NCBI GenBank assembly: GCA_964057225.1
Contig: OZ059896.1
Location: 13,702,001-13,766,000, forward strand
Source: Auanema rhodensis
Taxonomy: Eukaryota > Animalia > Nematoda
Direction of reading: 5' to 3'
DNA length: 64,000 nucleotides
A model generated the notes under the pieces. The model did not search any database, was not told the DNA's origin, and worked only from the letters and a program-made list of their open reading frames with translations. Positions 14,238-27,992 of this stretch are shown piece after piece. The position numbers were made by a program, and so were the translations under genes. Within the stretch, counting starts at the first letter, position 1. Every line of letters starts with the position of its first letter.

Positions 14238-14310
14238 TGCCCCGAACCAGGATCGAACTGGTGACCTTTAGATCTTCAGTCTAACGCTCTCCCAACTGAG
14301 CTATCGAGGC
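14238..14310 (-). tRNA. tRNA-Phe (GAA)
   Basis: Minus strand reads GCCTCGATAGCTCAGTTGGGAGAGCGTTAGACTGAAGATCTAAAGGTCACCAGTTCGATCCTGGTTCGGGGCA: 73 nt, full cloverleaf, A and B boxes, downstream T-runs. Confidence 0.98.
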
Positions 14311-17300
14311 TAATACTTTTTATGTTCACAGTATCAATCTGTTACATCGTTTGAAAAACACAACAAGAAAACTTACTGTTTTTTAAAATGAATAGTAACA
14401 CGAGTACTTCTCTTATTACACAATTATTTTGAATTTATTTAGGTTGAATTGTGTGAATTATAACACTGAATAGAAAATTTGACATGTAGTTGACTAATAA
14501 GACATGACAGATGGTATTATGGATGATGACCGGAAAGAATAACTGAGTTTGCCTCATATGGCTCTCTTGTTCTATTTTCCCTCATTTCTTTTGTTAGTTT
14601 ACATACATATTTTATGTTTTTTTTGTCTGTTTTAATAAATTATCTTCATTTTCTTTAACCAAAAACGTATATATTTGACAGATAATGAGCAGTTCTTCGT
14701 AAAAAAAAGTTTGAATGCAGTTCTGCTCGTCTTTGTAACTTGAGCAGCGTATGAACAAACCTGCCAAAATGTTTTATTTTCCCGTGAATGCTGAAAAGTA
14801 AAAACTTTTACGCATAAATTGAATTAACATACTCTCAAACTTTCTTTTTTCTATTTATACTTTGTATAAACGTTATGTTATTCTCGGATTTATATACATA
14901 TATAGTATATACCTGTCAAAACAATTTCTAATGAGAAGTTGAGTATAAGCTTGATGTAAAGACAAAAGGCGAATGCAGCTGGTCTTGTATGGTTTGAAAC
15001 AAAAGCAATTTAGTCTTTTTAGTTCATTCTATCTGCTTCCATTTATAGAAAATATGATCTCTGAGATTTTTCAGATCTCTTTTCTCTCCTTCTCTTCCTC
15101 TTTCCTACCCCCTCTCTTTCTTTCTCTCTCTTTCTGAACCTCTTTCTCTCTCTTTCTTTATTTTCTGAGGCTAATTGCAAATTCAAAAATAAGCTAAAGA
15201 TGAATCAATATAATTATTACCTTTCTATATGGATTTTGAATCAGGATGTAGCTAGTATATAGCTTTAACTAAGCTTTGTGTTACCTGCAATATGGACAGA
15301 TGGTTCTTAGCTCTTTAACTGTTCATATTCATTCATCCAACGATTTTCCTCTGTATTTGGACGTAGTAGCATTGGTGTCAATCTCTCCATATCCATCCCT
15401 CGTCGCTCATTAGTCAGCTTAGCTCAAACTCAATAATTTTACCATATGTAGGTTCTATATAACCGGTGAACAATCATTTTTGTAATTATTTGGTTAAAAT
15501 TTAAAATTTTTCATTTCAATTTTTGTTTTTATTTCAATAAAAATATTATTAAATTATGAGTATATTAAGGCAATGAGGGATCGGCATAATTAAGCAATTA
15601 ATTGCTCACCTTCTGTTGTTTTCCGATATCTCATCTCCTAATATTTCTGATGATTTTCTCTTTTTCGGCTGAAATCGCTCTATTCAACTGGAAAATGTGT
15701 GCAAGATAAAAGACCTCAATAGAGAAGAGACGGTATGGGAGAGGTCAAATCATTCGGCCACTTCCGACAATACCGCAAAACCTTCAAACCTATTGACTAT
15801 AGCTATGCGTATATACAGTATAGTCATCGAGTGATATCAATTAGTAATAGTAAGATCGTTAACTATAATTGTTCCGTTAAAGGACAATTCATATATACAG
15901 GCACCCCTGTCCCACCCTCCTTTCTTTTTTCTCCCCATCGTTCTATAGATCTCTCAGCTCTTCATCTTCTCGACTACCATCACACCTCTTTGTTAAAATT
16001 TATTGGATGTTGGTCTAAAAAAAATTGTTTTTCTTCAATCTCCTCTTACAAAACTTCCTCAAATTTTATGATTTCCGCTATGACTTCTATTTAAATTTCC
16101 GGATTTTTATTCAAAAACACACGACATATCTTGCATGATATAGCATAGTCATAGTGTAGTATATATCATTGAAACATCTGTCTTATCGTATACTACTAGC
16201 ATATATGTATACACACATCTTAGTCTAACCTATAAATTATATGAATCTCTAATCCTATTTAATTCTGTCATTTTCTCTTTAATTATAGAATTATTCACTA
16301 AATAACATTATTTTTAATTCAAAACGATTTATTTTCTGTTGTTGAAGAAGAACATATTCGAAAATCGTCTAATTATCATACATCTGCACGGGTAGAAACA
16401 CGTACGTGACAGACGTGGCATTAATTTCTTTTATTTTTTCTTCAAATGACGCTATAAATCGGTTGTCTTTTGCACAATTCTCGTTGCAAATTATAGAATA
16501 ATCCCAATTTTCAATTCAAATTCTTTGATGATTGTTCAACTCTTGTTCTTCGTCGTCAATCAGTTCGCTCTAATCGACTAATATCATTTGCTTCATCTAG
16601 CTTACTACTGAATATGGAGGGTACTTGGTAATCTCAGAGATAAAACTGGACAGTGATTCACTGAGAGAGAGCGGAAGAACAAGAGCATAAAATACAACGA
16701 GAGAGAAGGAGAGAGAGAATTAGAAAGGAGAATAGAGGGATATTTTGAAGTATTTCCCTACCAGTACTTCTGGCTAATTAACGAACATGGCTCCTGGATC
16801 TGTTAATGCTTGTGCATCACAGCTCCAATTATTATAGTCAGCTATGCCAAATATGAAATGAGTGACAACCAAGCTTCTAATTTCTAAGATATACGCTCAT
16901 AAACGTAACCTTTGATTTCCTGTACTTCACTCTTTCATCTAACAGATTCTATTGTTTCCAAAAGTTCTGTCGGTCAAACTGGAAATGCAAGAAGCTGTTT
17001 CTTTCAATAAATCGTTTAAAAAGATATTTGATTGGAGAGAGAGAATGGCACCAGCCGTTCAAATTTTCCGGTCCAACAGGTAGCTTGTGTGTTCCTGTTT
17101 CCGTGCCGACAAGCTTGTAGACCATTACAAGGTAGTTAAGCTCGGCGGGAGTTTGAAAACTAATTACTAAATAAGGTTATCTAGTAGCTGAATGAATTAA
17201 GTTTATGTAACATAATTGAAATAAGCTGTTGAAAGTTCATAAATAGAATAATATTTCACAATAATGATAATTGAATAATTGATGATCAGATGGCCAATAT

Positions 17301-19918
17301 AACCAATGTTCGTCTATTCAAGTCAAGCTTTTGCACATTTCTATTCTCCCTCCTCTCACCCTATTCCCCTTCTTTTACCCCTGTCTCAGCTTTCTAACTG
17401 ACCAACCTTTCTTTCAATTCAATGTCAACTAACTCACTCCAACTTGAGAGCTTCTCTATATTTGAGCTGAAAAAATTTTTTTTCTCAATCAAGCAATCAC
17501 ATTAGAAATGAATATACCATTGCGTTTTTGGCCTAATTTTCAAAATATTTTGTGACTACTAATAAACAAATCTTTTCATTGAAGCAAGAACATCTATAAT
17601 TTTAGTTAATTTTGACAATGATTTTCCTGAAGTTTGAAAGAAGAGCAAATAATTGAAAAACTTCGCTTCAAGACGAAATAATTGTCTATTCATTGCTTCA
17701 ACCAATTGTTTTCTTTTGCATTTCACCATTACATATAGCCTTTCAGAGTTGCTTAGCTATCTGTTGATGTGAAGAAGCCATTTTCTTAATATTCAACAAT
17801 CCCACCCTAATTTTCAAACAATAATCTCATTATCAATTCGGTCAACCGGGTTTTTATGAGAAATATTGCTTTTTTTCCATATATTTCGTACTATTTAACT
17901 TGTCTTCTTAAAGACAACGTCAACAGAACCCTATTGTGAGTTATTTAGATTTCCGCCGTCTTGTCGAATTGACAAATCTCAAACGGAAAATGACAAGTTC
18001 AGTCGTGTCACTTGAGCATATTTATATATAGTTTTCAAAAACAAAATTAAAAACGATAAAGCTTCAAGTGGGAACTCATGAAGTTTCATGTTTCAACTTT
18101 CACTTTATTTCACATAATTTAACGTTTCGTGTCATCACTCATTATTAAAATCTTCTTTCAATTTCATTGGCAAAACTCAACCGAACAAAAAAAAAGTTTC
18201 GTAAGCTTTAAGTTGTTTGAAGCTTTAAACTACTGACAGATATGTCAGATGTGCATATCATTTTTTTTGTCGACATAAGAAAAGTTATTTGAATTATTGT
18301 AGAAAATTTAAATAAAATATGTGTATGAAAATCTTTTTTTGCCATTCAATTAGTAGATGATTTTTATCTGATATATCATAGTTAAATATTCTAGTTTTAT
18401 ATATTTCATATGATATAGTTAGCCAGCTGGTTCTTGTCTATTAATCATAAAAATCTTTTCAACAGCTTATGTTACATACATATGTGTGAGATATTTGTGA
18501 AATAGAGCAAGCTAAATATAATAGAGAGAGAGGGAAAACTTGAGCATATTTTGAACAAAGTTAAGAGAAAAAAAAGTTTTCTTTCATCATTGAAGTTTCT
18601 AACATCTGCCATCTTCATCACTGAAATCTTTTTTTTTTCTTCAAAATTAAAAAGAATATTCAAGTTGGAAAGTAAGTTGAAAACAAATATTTAAAATTGC
18701 CAATCTGTTTGAGATAAGGTCGGATCTTAACCCACAGCTATTTCCAGGAAGATTTCCTTTAAAAGCCTACTCTTGAAGATGGGAAAAAGATGCGCTGAGG
18801 CAATCTGCTACCACTCATTTCTCTTCTTCTCTTCTTAGTTCATTTCAATTAAGATATTTCAAGAAGGCTAAACAGGCTCCTATCTCTATAGCCTGAGGCA
18901 TTGTTCCTTTTCTATATTTGGTTTATATGTATAAGTATATCTTTGCTTTCTTTTCTTATGTTTTCTTCAAATTTGCTTACAAGAATTCTGAAGATTCCCT
19001 CTTTTCTCTCTCTCTCTCTTTCTATCATTCTCTCTTTTTGATCCTGTCCCTCTCTCTCTCCATTTATAATTCTTGAAAAGCAGTTAAGCTTTAAAGAAAT
19101 TTGCTCCTTTCTTCATTAAAATGAATTTTCTTCTTCCAGTTATCATTCCAATGGTCTTGTTTTGCTCTGTCGTAAAGCTGAAATATAGCTTTCAATACAT
19201 ATATATATGTGTTTGAATATCGTAATAGACATCAGAAAAATCTGAAAATAGCTTCAACTTGATGGAGACAACTCTGTTCTATAGTAAATTCCTATTAAGA
19301 TATGTTAAAGTTGTATATCCAACTTAAGCATATTCAATGCTTAGTAACTGTTAGAACCATTCTTTCTTTCTATTTTGCTTTAACTCTACCACTTTTCTTC
19401 TCAATCAAGTCATTTTCAAATTCTCTAAGATTGTATCCAATTTCGCTGCAGTTTGTTCTAAGCTTTGCCACTACTACCATTATATACTCTGTATAAGTCA
19501 GACCACCAAGAAAGCTTAGCTCAATAACTTGCATGCATTTATCCTCCATCCATCTTGTGTGTCAATGCAGTTTATTTTTAAAATAGCTACTTCCTTAATT
19601 TTCATTTACAAAACTCATTTTAACATCTAAAACAAAAATTTGTAAAATATTAAATTAAAGCATATTCAAATCAAAACTTACTCTTTCTTTCTCTCTTCGT
19701 CTCTCTTCTATTTTTTTCCCTTTTTCGTTAAAATACTCTTATCTATCATCTCTGCTTTTAACTTTTATTAAACCAAAGATCATGAATATTTTCCAACAAA
19801 AGCTGTAATATATGAATTTGTTTTCTTGTGCAAGCTATATACCATCCCCAGAGAGGTTTATATGTATTGACCTCACAAAGGGTAACATTCCTAAATACAA
19901 ATTCCCTCAAAACTTAGA

Positions 19919-19921
<3 letters not shown>

Positions 19922-19976
<55 letters not shown>
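19922..19976. repeat. (GA)n microsatellite; the only long tract in the opposite orientation
   Basis: Directly visible. Confidence 0.97.
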
Positions 19977-19978
<2 letters not shown>

Positions 19979-20278
19979 AGATCAACATGAACATAGTATA
20001 TTCTAATTTATATTTTTGTAAATAACATGAAAAGTTATTTTAAAACTCAAAATATCAGACGAAATGAGATTTGAATCTATAAGACTAGCATGTATAGAGG
20101 AGGGGGGTATGGAAGTATACTAAACCAAACGATGTCAGCTTCCATTTTAATGTAGATGAGGTAGCTTTCACATATACCTCACGTCAAGTCGTGTTGTGTC
20201 TCTGGCATGTTAAGGAGATGTCGTTTTGCTGCTTGCATTGTGGGAGCATATTCTTGTAATCTTTGACCTCATTGAGAA

Positions 20279-20361
20279 TTTTAAAAGTTTTTTCAGTGAA
20301 TCTTTCATTATTACATAGATATCAATGCAATAATAAAAGATTCACTGAAAAACTTTCAAAA
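20279..20361. repeat. Near-perfect 83-bp palindrome centred on GATATC
   Basis: Arms of about 42 bp with 4 mismatches and 1 indel. Confidence 0.9.
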
Positions 20362-20803
20362 TATATAATTTATTTATAAAAGTATTATATAATATAAATA
20401 GATAACTATATTCATATAATATATATTTTTAAAAAAGATAATGAAAGTAAATGATAGGAGAAGAATAAAATTTAAAATCATTAATACAGTATAAATCAAT
20501 CAGTTTCACATCTTTCACAAATCCAACTTTTCATCTTATTTCGAACACATGTATGTAGTATGTCTCAAAATATTTTGAAGTATATTCAATGTGAACATGC
20601 GAGACAATAGAATCATTACATTACACTAACTTCACATCTCGATCTAAAATGAAATTTTGGGCTTTTAGAATCAGATCAGCATATATCTATATCTTCTTCT
20701 TCTTATTTTCTTATATATCTCTCCTATTTTCTTTGGTTAATAGTTATTTGATGCCATTTTCTCGAGCAACAGGTTGCCAAGAGACCGAATTCTTGCTTAT
20801 CCC

Positions 20804-20806
<3 letters not shown>

Positions 20807-20877
<71 letters not shown>

Positions 20878-20891
20878 TTCTTTCTTTCTCT
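20807..20891. repeat. (CT)n microsatellite
   Basis: Directly visible. Confidence 0.96.
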
Positions 20892-23301
20892 GGTTACTAC
20901 GTGCATATCCTACATCTATCTTTCGATCTTTTCTACTTCCTCTGTCAATGTCTCTCTGATGCACACATACTATCTCTTGTGCTCGGCTCATTTCCTATTT
21001 CTCTTGTTTTCCTTTCTCCCTTTTCTCCCTTTCTTAAACGAGAAGAAGTTTTATCTGGTATCTTGATCGCATTAACTTCGAAATTTGCATTTCTGACAAC
21101 TTTCTTCAGAAGTTACTTGTGCTTACTAATATTTTGCTTTAATCAATAAAGTCTAATGAATTCTATAATCATTTTTTATTTTTGAACTTATAGTTATTCT
21201 CTTTTTCTTCATGAAAATCATCAAGTTTTACAGCAAAAATGTTTTTTATGGAGCTTATGCACGAGCGTTCTTTTTCATTTTATAGCCTATTTATAGAGCT
21301 CAATAGAGTTTCGAATTCTTCAACAATTGTATAAAATAATGAAATCGTATTGTAGAAGCTAAGATTTTAGTTTTCAAGACGATTTTCTTCTTAAATTTAA
21401 AATAAAAAATATTCAAATTTCAAAAAGAAACCTTATTCTGTTCATATCTTTCAGCAAAGGTTTTATGATTTTTTTATGATTCGTAAATAAAAAACATAAA
21501 ATGTTGAAAGGATTATATATGAATTGAGCCAAAAGCTAAGTGGTTATTGACTTCAAGTTGGAGTTTTTCATTTGTTACCTTGCTTCCTTCTCTAGCATAC
21601 TCTCTTAATCTTTCTTCTCTAGTTTTTGATCAAAATTTTTGGTTCTTTCCGTTACATGAGAACTCAAAAAAATGGAAATTCATGTTGATTCGCAAAAGTG
21701 AGGTCAACTTCTTCAATAATTTGAGCAAAATTTAGTGTGACCATTGCATGCTCTTGAATTCAAAACTTCAATTCAATGCTACCTCTTATCTACTCATTTA
21801 TTTATTTTTACTTCTCTCGTCTCAAAAAACTAAATATTAGTGAGAAATTTCTTTTTTTTTCAACATTTATTGAATCTTTTCTCGTATCAAGAGGTTTAAG
21901 CACACCGGAGCTCGTCGCAGCCTAGCACCCAAACAGGAGTCTCATCAAGTTTTTCGCGTTCGTCTATCCTAATCGTTTGATGCTCTCTCAACAATATATA
22001 CTTACTTACTTAGATGTTGTTTACTGCTCAGAAGACGGGAAAAACATACTTCCGAGGGTGCGCGAATCAAAGAAATATTCTCTTCCCCTTATTTAAATTT
22101 CAAGAAAAAAATGAAAATAATATTATATAATAATGTGATTTTATTTTTTTAAATGATGAGTTTTCAATCTATATTCAAAAATTAGCATATTAATGTTACG
22201 TGAAAATTGACGTGGCATCTTATTTATTTTCTTTTGTTAGCGCATAATCGTTGTATTCAATGTTTCATAAATCATTGAATAATTTTGTTCTCTCTCTCTC
22301 TCTCTCTCTCTCTATTTTTTCTTTCTCTATTACTATTGTGTTTCTGATATTTTGTATATTTCTCTTCTCATCTTAATCTCACATATTCTATCTTGGCCTT
22401 CTCTTATCCATAATTGTATGTTTTTTCTCGCTCTCATTTCATCCAATGGCTCTCCTGCATTTTTTTATTCTCACTTAGCCATCAGCTCTCTTTCTCTTTC
22501 TCTGCCTCTCTCTCTCTTTTTTCCTTTAGTTGATCGATGAAAACGGCTAGATAGAAGCAGGCCAAGAATCTGTTTCGTCCTGGCATTCGGTTCATCATGG
22601 ATAAGGCTTTCAAACATAGCAAAAACGTGCTTTAAAAGAGGATGACGAAGAGAGAAGGCGGAGAGTTTAGTGAAAAGGGATGAACACCCAACAACTCTGA
22701 TAATTCAACTAAAATGCTATAAGCTTTTAAAACATTTCTATATATTCATTTGTTTTTTCAATTTCATTTTTTTCTCTTATTCAATTATAATCTCGAACGT
22801 TTTATATAATTTCATCATCATTTAACTACTATTTTCCCAAATTAGTAATAATATTTTGATTCTAAAAGATAGTTTTATGAAGAATAATTTTCAAATTAGG
22901 ATGATAGAGATAGAGAAATATATAGAAATTTCATAGTAGAAGAGTCGAGAGTGAGAGAGAAAGAGGAAAATGTGATGAATGGCAAGCGGGTAGTAGAGGC
23001 AGGTTTGTCAACAAACTGGACAAACATTGTTTTAGCTCTCATAGTATCAAATTCTATCAGCTTTCCATTTTAGATACGTTCTTCGTTTAGCTATTTTCTA
23101 TTAATTTTTTGCTTTTTTTTCGTAAAAAATAAAGAAAACAACATTTATATTCGAAGAAAAGTTTGCTTGTGTACTCTTTGAAGTTATGTTTGTCGATCAT
23201 GTTATATACAACATATAATAGCTCCATACTTCACATATATTTAAGAATTATTTATTATGTATTCAAAGGTCTTTCTTAGTTGTTCCGAAGAAACAGTTGT
23301 T

Positions 23302-23408
<107 letters not shown>

Positions 23409-25290
23409 TTCTTAGTTTCTATTCTCTTAATATCAAAACTTCCATTTTAGGTTACACGTTGCTAGGTTATGCCGGATATAGGCTTCGTTTAGTTCTGTTC
23501 AAACTGGTGCTAACACTTCATCAGCACTAACTTCCTATTTACAACTTTTCCATCAAAAAAAATAATTTCATATAACTCCTAACTATATCTATTCAACTCT
23601 TGGTATATCATGATAAACATAAGTTTTATGCGCTATCCCGTTTTTCCAGCCTTTTATGACAAACAAGCGGTCGGAAATGACAAACAAGCCTCATTCCCTC
23701 AGGGGTTTTAACCTTTTTCTGCCCTGATTTTCGCAATACAACACCAGCGTTCCAAAATAAGCATCATTTCAGAATTATGAATAAGCTTGTGGGTATCCAT
23801 GCCTTCAAATAACGTGCTTGGTTCTTCTTTTTCATTTTTGAATGAACCCAGCTTCCAAGCATCCACTCAAAGCTTATCTTGCAACATTTTCTTTTTAATT
23901 TTTAAAAATTAAATTTAATTCATGAATTAAACACAAATTTCTTTTTCATATATGTCTCATCCAATATTCATGAAATATGGAACTAAATAACAAACTGAAT
24001 TTTTTAAAATTTCTTTGCTTGTTTCTCATTTTGTTTTTTCATGAAAATTTTTATTTTTTCACCAAAAATGAGAGAAAGGCGACAAAGTGATTCACCTTTT
24101 GCTGTCCAACTGAGTTAGAAATGTTTCAATTCCCATTCAAAACCACAATAATCCTTCTCATTTGCAATTTATCTTCTTTCTCTCGCATTCATTTTATTTT
24201 TCGTTTTTCCTCTATATATCCATCCTTGAAAACGATGTGTCTAAATGCCAAATATAAGTATGAGGTCAAATTATTTCTCGAAAAATAATAATTTTCATAT
24301 CAACATGTCAACTTATATAGTATTTAGCTAATATTATAATTATTATTATTTATTTTTTAAATAAAAACTAGATAGGGCAAATAATCTATGGCTACGGATG
24401 GTTTTTTCCTGTCAAATACATCTCTCATCGTTTTCTCTCTCTCTTTCTCCCTCCTTCTCTCTCTCCCTCCTCCCCTCTCTCTCTTTCTTTCTCTCTCTCT
24501 CAATCTCAATCTCTTTTATTCTTCGCTATATCTCCTAGTTGAGGAACAAGAAATATATGATGTGTTATATGCAATCTAAATTGTATTCAACATATAGAAA
24601 TTATGATACATATGTGTATCTCAAACAATTTCTGAAAACATTGAAAATTAAATCTTCGCCTAACCTTATTTCCTATAACTTTCATTATTCCTCCCATCCT
24701 TCAGCTTCAGCCTTTTTTGCAACAAACATGAGAGGAAAGATTATATCTACATATAACTATTGACTATATTGTATAGTTAGTTTAATACTTTGCTATTTTT
24801 TCTTTTCTGAATAGTTTTTCAAGAGGTTCCGAATTCATTGCAACTAACATCTAAACATTTACAGAGAAACAATTCGTTCAAACTTGTTTTACAACTTTAA
24901 TACCTTTTTCCTCCCGAAAAAAATTGACATAACCTTTTTTTCTTTACAATATTTTTTCTCACCGCAACCGCTAATGCTATATGGCATGTTAAAAATGAGA
25001 ATTCACGTGAAAATTACTTGAAGATGGCGTTATCTTGATATTGTCATGGTCAGAGTGATCGTGTAAATTAGTCGTTAACCCTTATTCTACTTTTTCAAGC
25101 ATTTCTTGTATTCTGTTTTTTCAAAACGAAGATCAGAAACTTGAAACTTACATCTGTTGTTGTGGTTATGTTTTCGTATTCCATTACAATTTAAAGTTTT
25201 TTTTGTGTTCATTTTACTTTTTTCTTAAAAAAATAGAACAATTGGTTATACTTACATATCTCTTTGTTCAATAAACTTATTAGTTTCCCC

Positions 25291-25293
<3 letters not shown>

Positions 25294-25370
<77 letters not shown>
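25294..25370. repeat. Pure (CT)n microsatellite
   Basis: Directly visible. Confidence 0.98.
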
Positions 25371-25375
<5 letters not shown>

Positions 25376-26485
25376 CCTTCTTATGATCGAATATACTTTT
25401 TCATGAGAATTGTATGTTTTACTACTTGTAAATATCTATTTACATGTACAAGACCATTATGCACATAATTCTTAAATGAAAGGATCATCACCCTCATCGA
25501 CATCATCATCAAGAGAATGTTTCTTCCCCATCTACTTCAGCTTTTCACTGTGTTCTCCGCCAACCTTCCTCTCTCTGAGCTACCACCCCACCCCTATTCT
25601 CCTCATCATCGTGTGGACAAGCAAATGACTTCAGAAGAATATTTGTTGTTCATTTAACTATCTTCTTAGACTTTCATCATACAACAACTATATTGATCAT
25701 ACTTCAATTATATATTCTACATTTCTCTAGATATTTGTAGTAAAAACGTCAACAAATCTTTTCAACTTGTCTACTTTTCAATTTTTTCTTTGAAAACGAG
25801 TAAAGTAAAGTTAACGATGAAAATTCTATTAAACTCAAAATGCCTTAGTTTTCTGCTGATGTCCGGGTTAATGTCATAAAAAAATTTAAGAAAAATTAGA
25901 TTGCAAATCTTGTTCTTCTTCAAAAATCTCTAAAGATTCTATTTTCTTTCGTTCTATTTCTTAATTCCAACAACAAAGAACCAAAAAAAGAAACATCGTT
26001 ACCATCAACAGCTTCTTCCTTGATTGTCTTTCTTGTGTTTCCTGTGTCACCCTGCTTCTCTCTTGACTCCTTCTCTTTCTTTCACTTTCTCTCTTTCTAG
26101 CATTTTCCTTTTTCCTTTTTTGGTCCATTTCTCATTTTCTCTCTTTCCCTCCCTCCCTCTCTTTTTCTCTTTCTGATCTCTATTACTTGTCATCTTTGTA
26201 TTCATCGTCATCTTCTTTTTCTTCTTCGTATTTCTTCGACCTCAGGATCTATTTTCTTCTTTTTTTTGTTCTTTTTTCCCCCAATCCTTTAACTATCAAC
26301 AATGGCAACTTTCATTACATGGCTGTGCTCTCTCAACTCTCTCAACTATTTCAAAAATTCTAATTAACTTCAAACTTCCGAAGAAATTCAGAGTTTCATA
26401 GGGTTGAAAGCACAATTTATTTTATGTTATTTTACTCTTCATATTCGTCAAATGACCTTCCAAACATGTTTATTTCAGTGAAACC

Positions 26486-27992
26486 ATGAAACTGTTACTT
26501 CTCTTTGGTTTTGCCACTGTTGCTTTGGCCGGAAGAATGAAGAATAAGGATGACATGAGAAACCTTCTAGTAAGAATAAGGTAAATCATTCATTCAATAT
26601 TTTATGATTTTCATTAAAAATAAATTTTTAGTGATATTCCTGTTGGCTCTTGTGGTGGTGATTCATATTTTGGACTTGGTATCATGAATGGCACGTTGGA
26701 AAAATGTGATGACTGGCAGAAGACTGACCCTGAAGATATGAAGACTTATGAAGAATGGAAATGTAAAAGCCTTCGAGGTTAGTAGTAATTCATTAAAATT
26801 TTATCGTATAATCTTTTATTAACAAGTAATTATTTGAATCGAAATTTCAGTGAACGGTAAGATGGTTGACGATAAGTGTGTATGTGTTGACGGTTGGAAA
26901 GGACCTATTTGTAACGAGCACATCACATGTGAAGCTGGCTATTCTCTTCAACAGAGAAAGTAAGAATTTCTTTTTTTTTGTATTTTCTTCCCTCAAATTG
27001 TCTTTCAAAATGAGTTTTCATTTAAAGCAACAAATGAGAATCATAAGCAGCTATTATATGAAAAGAAACAAAAAAATGAGTAAAAATACAAATTAAGAAA
27101 AAAAAGAAATTTATTATTTATTATTTAAATACAAATAAACAAATAAAAAAACCATTAATTTCAGGTGCATTGCTAATATCTGTAAACAGGGAGGAGAATT
27201 GGCAGTCGGAAAGAATGCAATCGAATGCATTTGCCCAGTAAGCCATTTTTTTATTCGGGGGAAAAATAAGTTGGAAATCAAATAAATTGTTATTTATGTA
27301 TAATTTGAAAAAAAAATGTTTTTTATATTAAACGAGGATAATTCATTAGTTTGATTTTCTTTTTTCAGATTCCATGGGATGGAGCTCATTGTGAGCGTTT
27401 GGCTTGCTGGAGAAAAACGAATTTCGGACAAGATAAGAGATTCGCCAACAATGTAGATACATGTAAATGTGGAAAGCATTATTCTGGTGAAAATTGTGAC
27501 GTTATTGAGACTTGTTATAATGGATCAAAGCCTGTCGATGGAAAGTAAGTTTTGAAGCAAATAAGTGTTTCAAATGTTAATTATTCATCAGATGTACCTG
27601 TGCACCTGGATTTGGTGGAGAGATCTGTGATCGTACTTGTCCTCGAGGACAACTTACGTAAGATTCATAATAATTTTAAAAATTAGAAAATTAGTCAATC
27701 ATACAATATCAAAAATCAAAATATTTGAAAAAGAACAACCGAATGAAGTGCGTGGTCGAATTAAAATGATTTCAAGTGAAAACTCAAGTAAACGTATATA
27801 GTAAATACAAAAGAAAACAAGTCTATACATTTAGATATAACTTATTTTTAGAAAGTATTTTCAAAAATATTAGTATATTTATTGTAAAATATTTTGTGAT
27901 AATCTTGTGATTTCAGATGCTCATCTGGACTTCTTTCTAGCTCCTTCGTCACTATTTTGGCTGTTGCTCTACTAATCTGTTTCAGATCATGA
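26486..27992 (+). CDS. Secreted, probably GPI-anchored EGF-repeat cell-surface protein (7 exons)
   Basis: Signal peptide MKLLLLFGFATVALA. EGF-like motifs CVCVDGWKGPIC, CICPIPWDGAHC, CKCGKHYSGENC and CTCAPGFGGEIC. Hydrophobic C-terminus SSGLLSSSFVTILAVALLICFRS*. TTTCAG ends 7 nt before the ATG. Confidence 0.88.

Noticed and set aside
21895-22010. Minus-strand peptide with LDETPVW, resembling the pogo-type DDE motif
   Set aside because: Only about 37 codons between stops, with no other transposase motifs or TIRs.
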